From: Deltaproteobacteria bacterium
Lineage (GTDB): Bacteria; Myxococcota_A; UBA9160; SMWR01
Direction: 5' to 3'
DNA: 30,238 nucleotides
Assembly (NCBI GenBank): GCA_032128115.1
Contig: JAQBHB010000110.1
Location: 1-30,238, forward strand
Under the pieces are notes generated by a model. That model did no database searches, was not told the origin of the DNA, and saw nothing but the letters and a program-made list of their open reading frames with translations. Positions 28,279 to 30,238 of the stretch are shown in pieces; position 1 is the first letter of the stretch; the number at the start of each line of letters is the position of its first letter. The translations under genes were made by a program, and so were the position numbers.

Positions 28279-29303
28279 CCCTTCCGGCGCTGGAACAGGT
28301 ACGAGATCGCGACAGCCAGGTAATGGTTTGGGTTCAGCAGCCCGGCGCTCCGGGTCACGACGCCGTGGCGGTCGTGGTCGGTGTCGCAGGCCCAGGCGAC
28401 GTCGAAGCGACTCTGGAGCCCGATCAGCCGCTGCATGGCGTAGGGCGACGAGCAGTCCATGCGGATCCTGCCGTCCCAGTCGACGGTCATGAAGCGGAAG
28501 GTGGGGTCCACCTCGCTGCTGACCACCGTCAGCGCCAGCTGGTAGCGCTCGCCGATGGCGCCCCAGTAGTCGACTCCGGCGCCGCCCAGGGGATCGACGC
28601 CCAGTGCGATCCGCACGCCGCGAAGCGGCTCGAAGTCCACCACCGACGCCAGGTCGCTGACGTAGGAGCCCAGGTAATCGTGGACCCGAGTGGTGGCGGC
28701 GCGGCGCGCCCGCTCGAAGGGGATCCGCTGGACGCCTTTCAGGCCGTCGGCCAGCAGCGCGTTGGCCCGCTCCTGGATCCAGCCGGTCACCTCGGTGTCC
28801 GCCGGACCCCCGGCGGGCGGGTTGTACTTGAAGCCTCCGTCCTCCGGCGGGTTGTGGGAGGGTGTGACGACGATTCCGTCGGCTAGGCCCCTTGGGCGGC
28901 GTCCTCTGTCGTTATAGGTGAGGATGGCGTGGGAGATGACCGGGGTCGGCGTGTAGCCCTCGCGATCGTCGATCCTCACTTCCATCTCGTGGGCGGCCAG
29001 CACCTCCAGGGCGGTAGCGAAGGCCGATTCCGAGAGCGCGTGGGTGTCGATGCCGAGGAACAGCGGCCCGTCGATCCCCTGCCACCGCCGGTATTCACAG
29101 AGGGCTTGGGTGATGGCCAGGATGTGGTCCTCGTTGAATGCGCAGTCGAAGGCCGAGCCGCGGTGGCCCGAGGTGCCGAAAACCACCCGTTGCTCGGCGA
29201 CCGAAGCGTCGGGCCGCCGCGTGTAGTAGGCCGTCATCAGCCGCGGGATGTCGACCCACATGGAGGGGTCGGCGGGCCGGCCCGCTCGGGGATCTGTCTG
29301 CAT
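28203..29303 (-). pseudogene. pgm: Phosphoglucomutase, C-terminally truncated
   Basis: FGTSGHRGS, TPSHNPPEDGGFKYN and DTDHDRHG. Homology stops at YLFQRRKGW (~28275, about 343 aa, versus roughly 545 for full-length Pgm), followed by an unrelated tail. Confidence 0.85.
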
Positions 29304-29369
29304 CGGGCGCTTCTTCGTGGCCGTCCTCGCGATTCTCTCGACCAGGCCAGTCAGTGCCTGCTGAGCACC

Positions 29370-30238
29370 CTACTTGCCAACCTTGCCAACCGGGATCCGC
29401 GGGCGGGGCTCTGCGATCAGCATCGGCAGCTCGTCGCCGCGGAGCGTCTCCTTCTCGAGCAGACGCTCCGCGCTCTCGGCGAGCGCGTCGCGGTGGGCCT
29501 CCAGGATCGCGACGGCACGCTCGAAGGCCTGGGTGATGAGATCGCGCACGGCGCAGTCCACCTCCCGAGCGGTCTCCTCGGAGAAATCGCGCCGCGTCGC
29601 GAGGTACTCGCCGGGCATCTGGAGGAACGTGGAGCGCTCGCTCTCGAGGGATACCATGCCCAGGTTGTCGTCCATCCCGTAACGCGTGACCATGCTGCGG
29701 GCAATGTTGCTGGCCTTGGCCAGATCGTCAGCGGCTCCGGTGGAGATCTCTTCGAAGACGATGAATTCCGCGGCGCGACCGCCCAGGAGCACCGTCATCT
29801 TGTCCCTCAGCTCGCCGCTCGACATCAGGAAGCGATCCTCGGTGGGACGCTGGATGGTGTATCCGAGCGCTCCGATTCCGCGCGGAATGATCGACACTTT
29901 GTGCACCGGATCGCTGCCGGGAAGTGCACGGGCCACCAGGGCGTGGCCCATCTCGTGGTACGCCGTGACCTTGCGCTCGTGCTCGTTGAGCAGGCGGTTC
30001 TTCTTCTCGAGACCGGCCACGATGCGTTCGATCGCGAGGTTGAAGTCGTCCATGCTGACATGGGTGGCGTTGTTGCGTGTGGCCAGAATGGCCGCCTCGT
30101 TGACCAGGTTCGCGAGGTCGGCGCCCGTGAAGCCCGGCGTGAGGGCGGCGATGGGCTCGGCCTTGGCGTCGGGCGCGAGGCTGAGCTTCCCCAGGTGCAG
30201 CTGCAGGATCTCCACGCGCGCCTGCTTGTCGGGCCGAT
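29370..30238 (-). CDS. ftsH: ATP-dependent zinc metalloprotease FtsH (5' part outside the window)
   Basis: TPGFTGADLANLVNEAA, AYHEMGHA, HKVSIIPRG, LLGGRAAE and STGAADDL motifs. Confidence 0.96.
   Translation of the reverse strand, partial: RPDKQARVEILQLHLGKLSLAPDAKAEPIAALTPGFTGADLANLVNEAAILATRNNATHVSMDDFNLAIERIVAGLEKKNRLLNEHERKVTAYHEMGHALVARALPGSDPVHKVSIIPRGIGALGYTIQRPTEDRFLMSSGELRDKMTVLLGGRAAEFIVFEEISTGAADDLAKASNIARSMVTRYGMDDNLGMVSLESERSTFLQMPGEYLATRRDFSEETAREVDCAVRDLITQAFERAVAILEAHRDALAESAERLLEKETLRGDELPMLIAEPRPRIPVGKVGK

Noticed and set aside
29373..29391. 9-bp tandem repeat CTTGCCAAC at the ftsH 3' end
   Set aside because: Short in-frame slippage in a variable tail; no functional inference is possible.

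Overview
High-GC bacterial chromosomal window; gene content and order suggest a deltaproteobacterial/Myxococcota-like organism (inference). The left part (1-14.5 kb) is core housekeeping: a minus-strand run nadK-recN-FHA-M23-secA-argJ-rpsB-tsf-pyrH-frr-uppS-dxr (no cdsA), with divergent rarA and a HAD hydrolase. The right part is accessory and envelope-rich: a DUF1800/DUF1501 pair, DUF2007, an ICMT-like methyltransferase, a TM2 protein, AsmA, an MpaB/Lcp-like oxygenase, a PDO-rhodanese fusion, an M48 peptidase and a partial ftsH. Four observations stand out. (1) A four-gene all-lipoprotein operon: one BamE/SmpA-like protein plus three diverged paralogs sharing QDLGF and DPxxYQxFF motifs, converging on asmA. 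(2) A roughly 360-bp remnant of a pstS...phoU operon that keeps 11-bp-periodic Pho-box-like repeats and lies upstream of DUF1800/DUF1501. (3) An M48 gene bracketed by 46-bp direct repeats that duplicate the shared stop-codon junction of its neighbours. (4) A pgm/LssY deletion fusion. I saw no RNA genes, CRISPR arrays, integrases or transposases. All family assignments come from motif recognition, not database searches.
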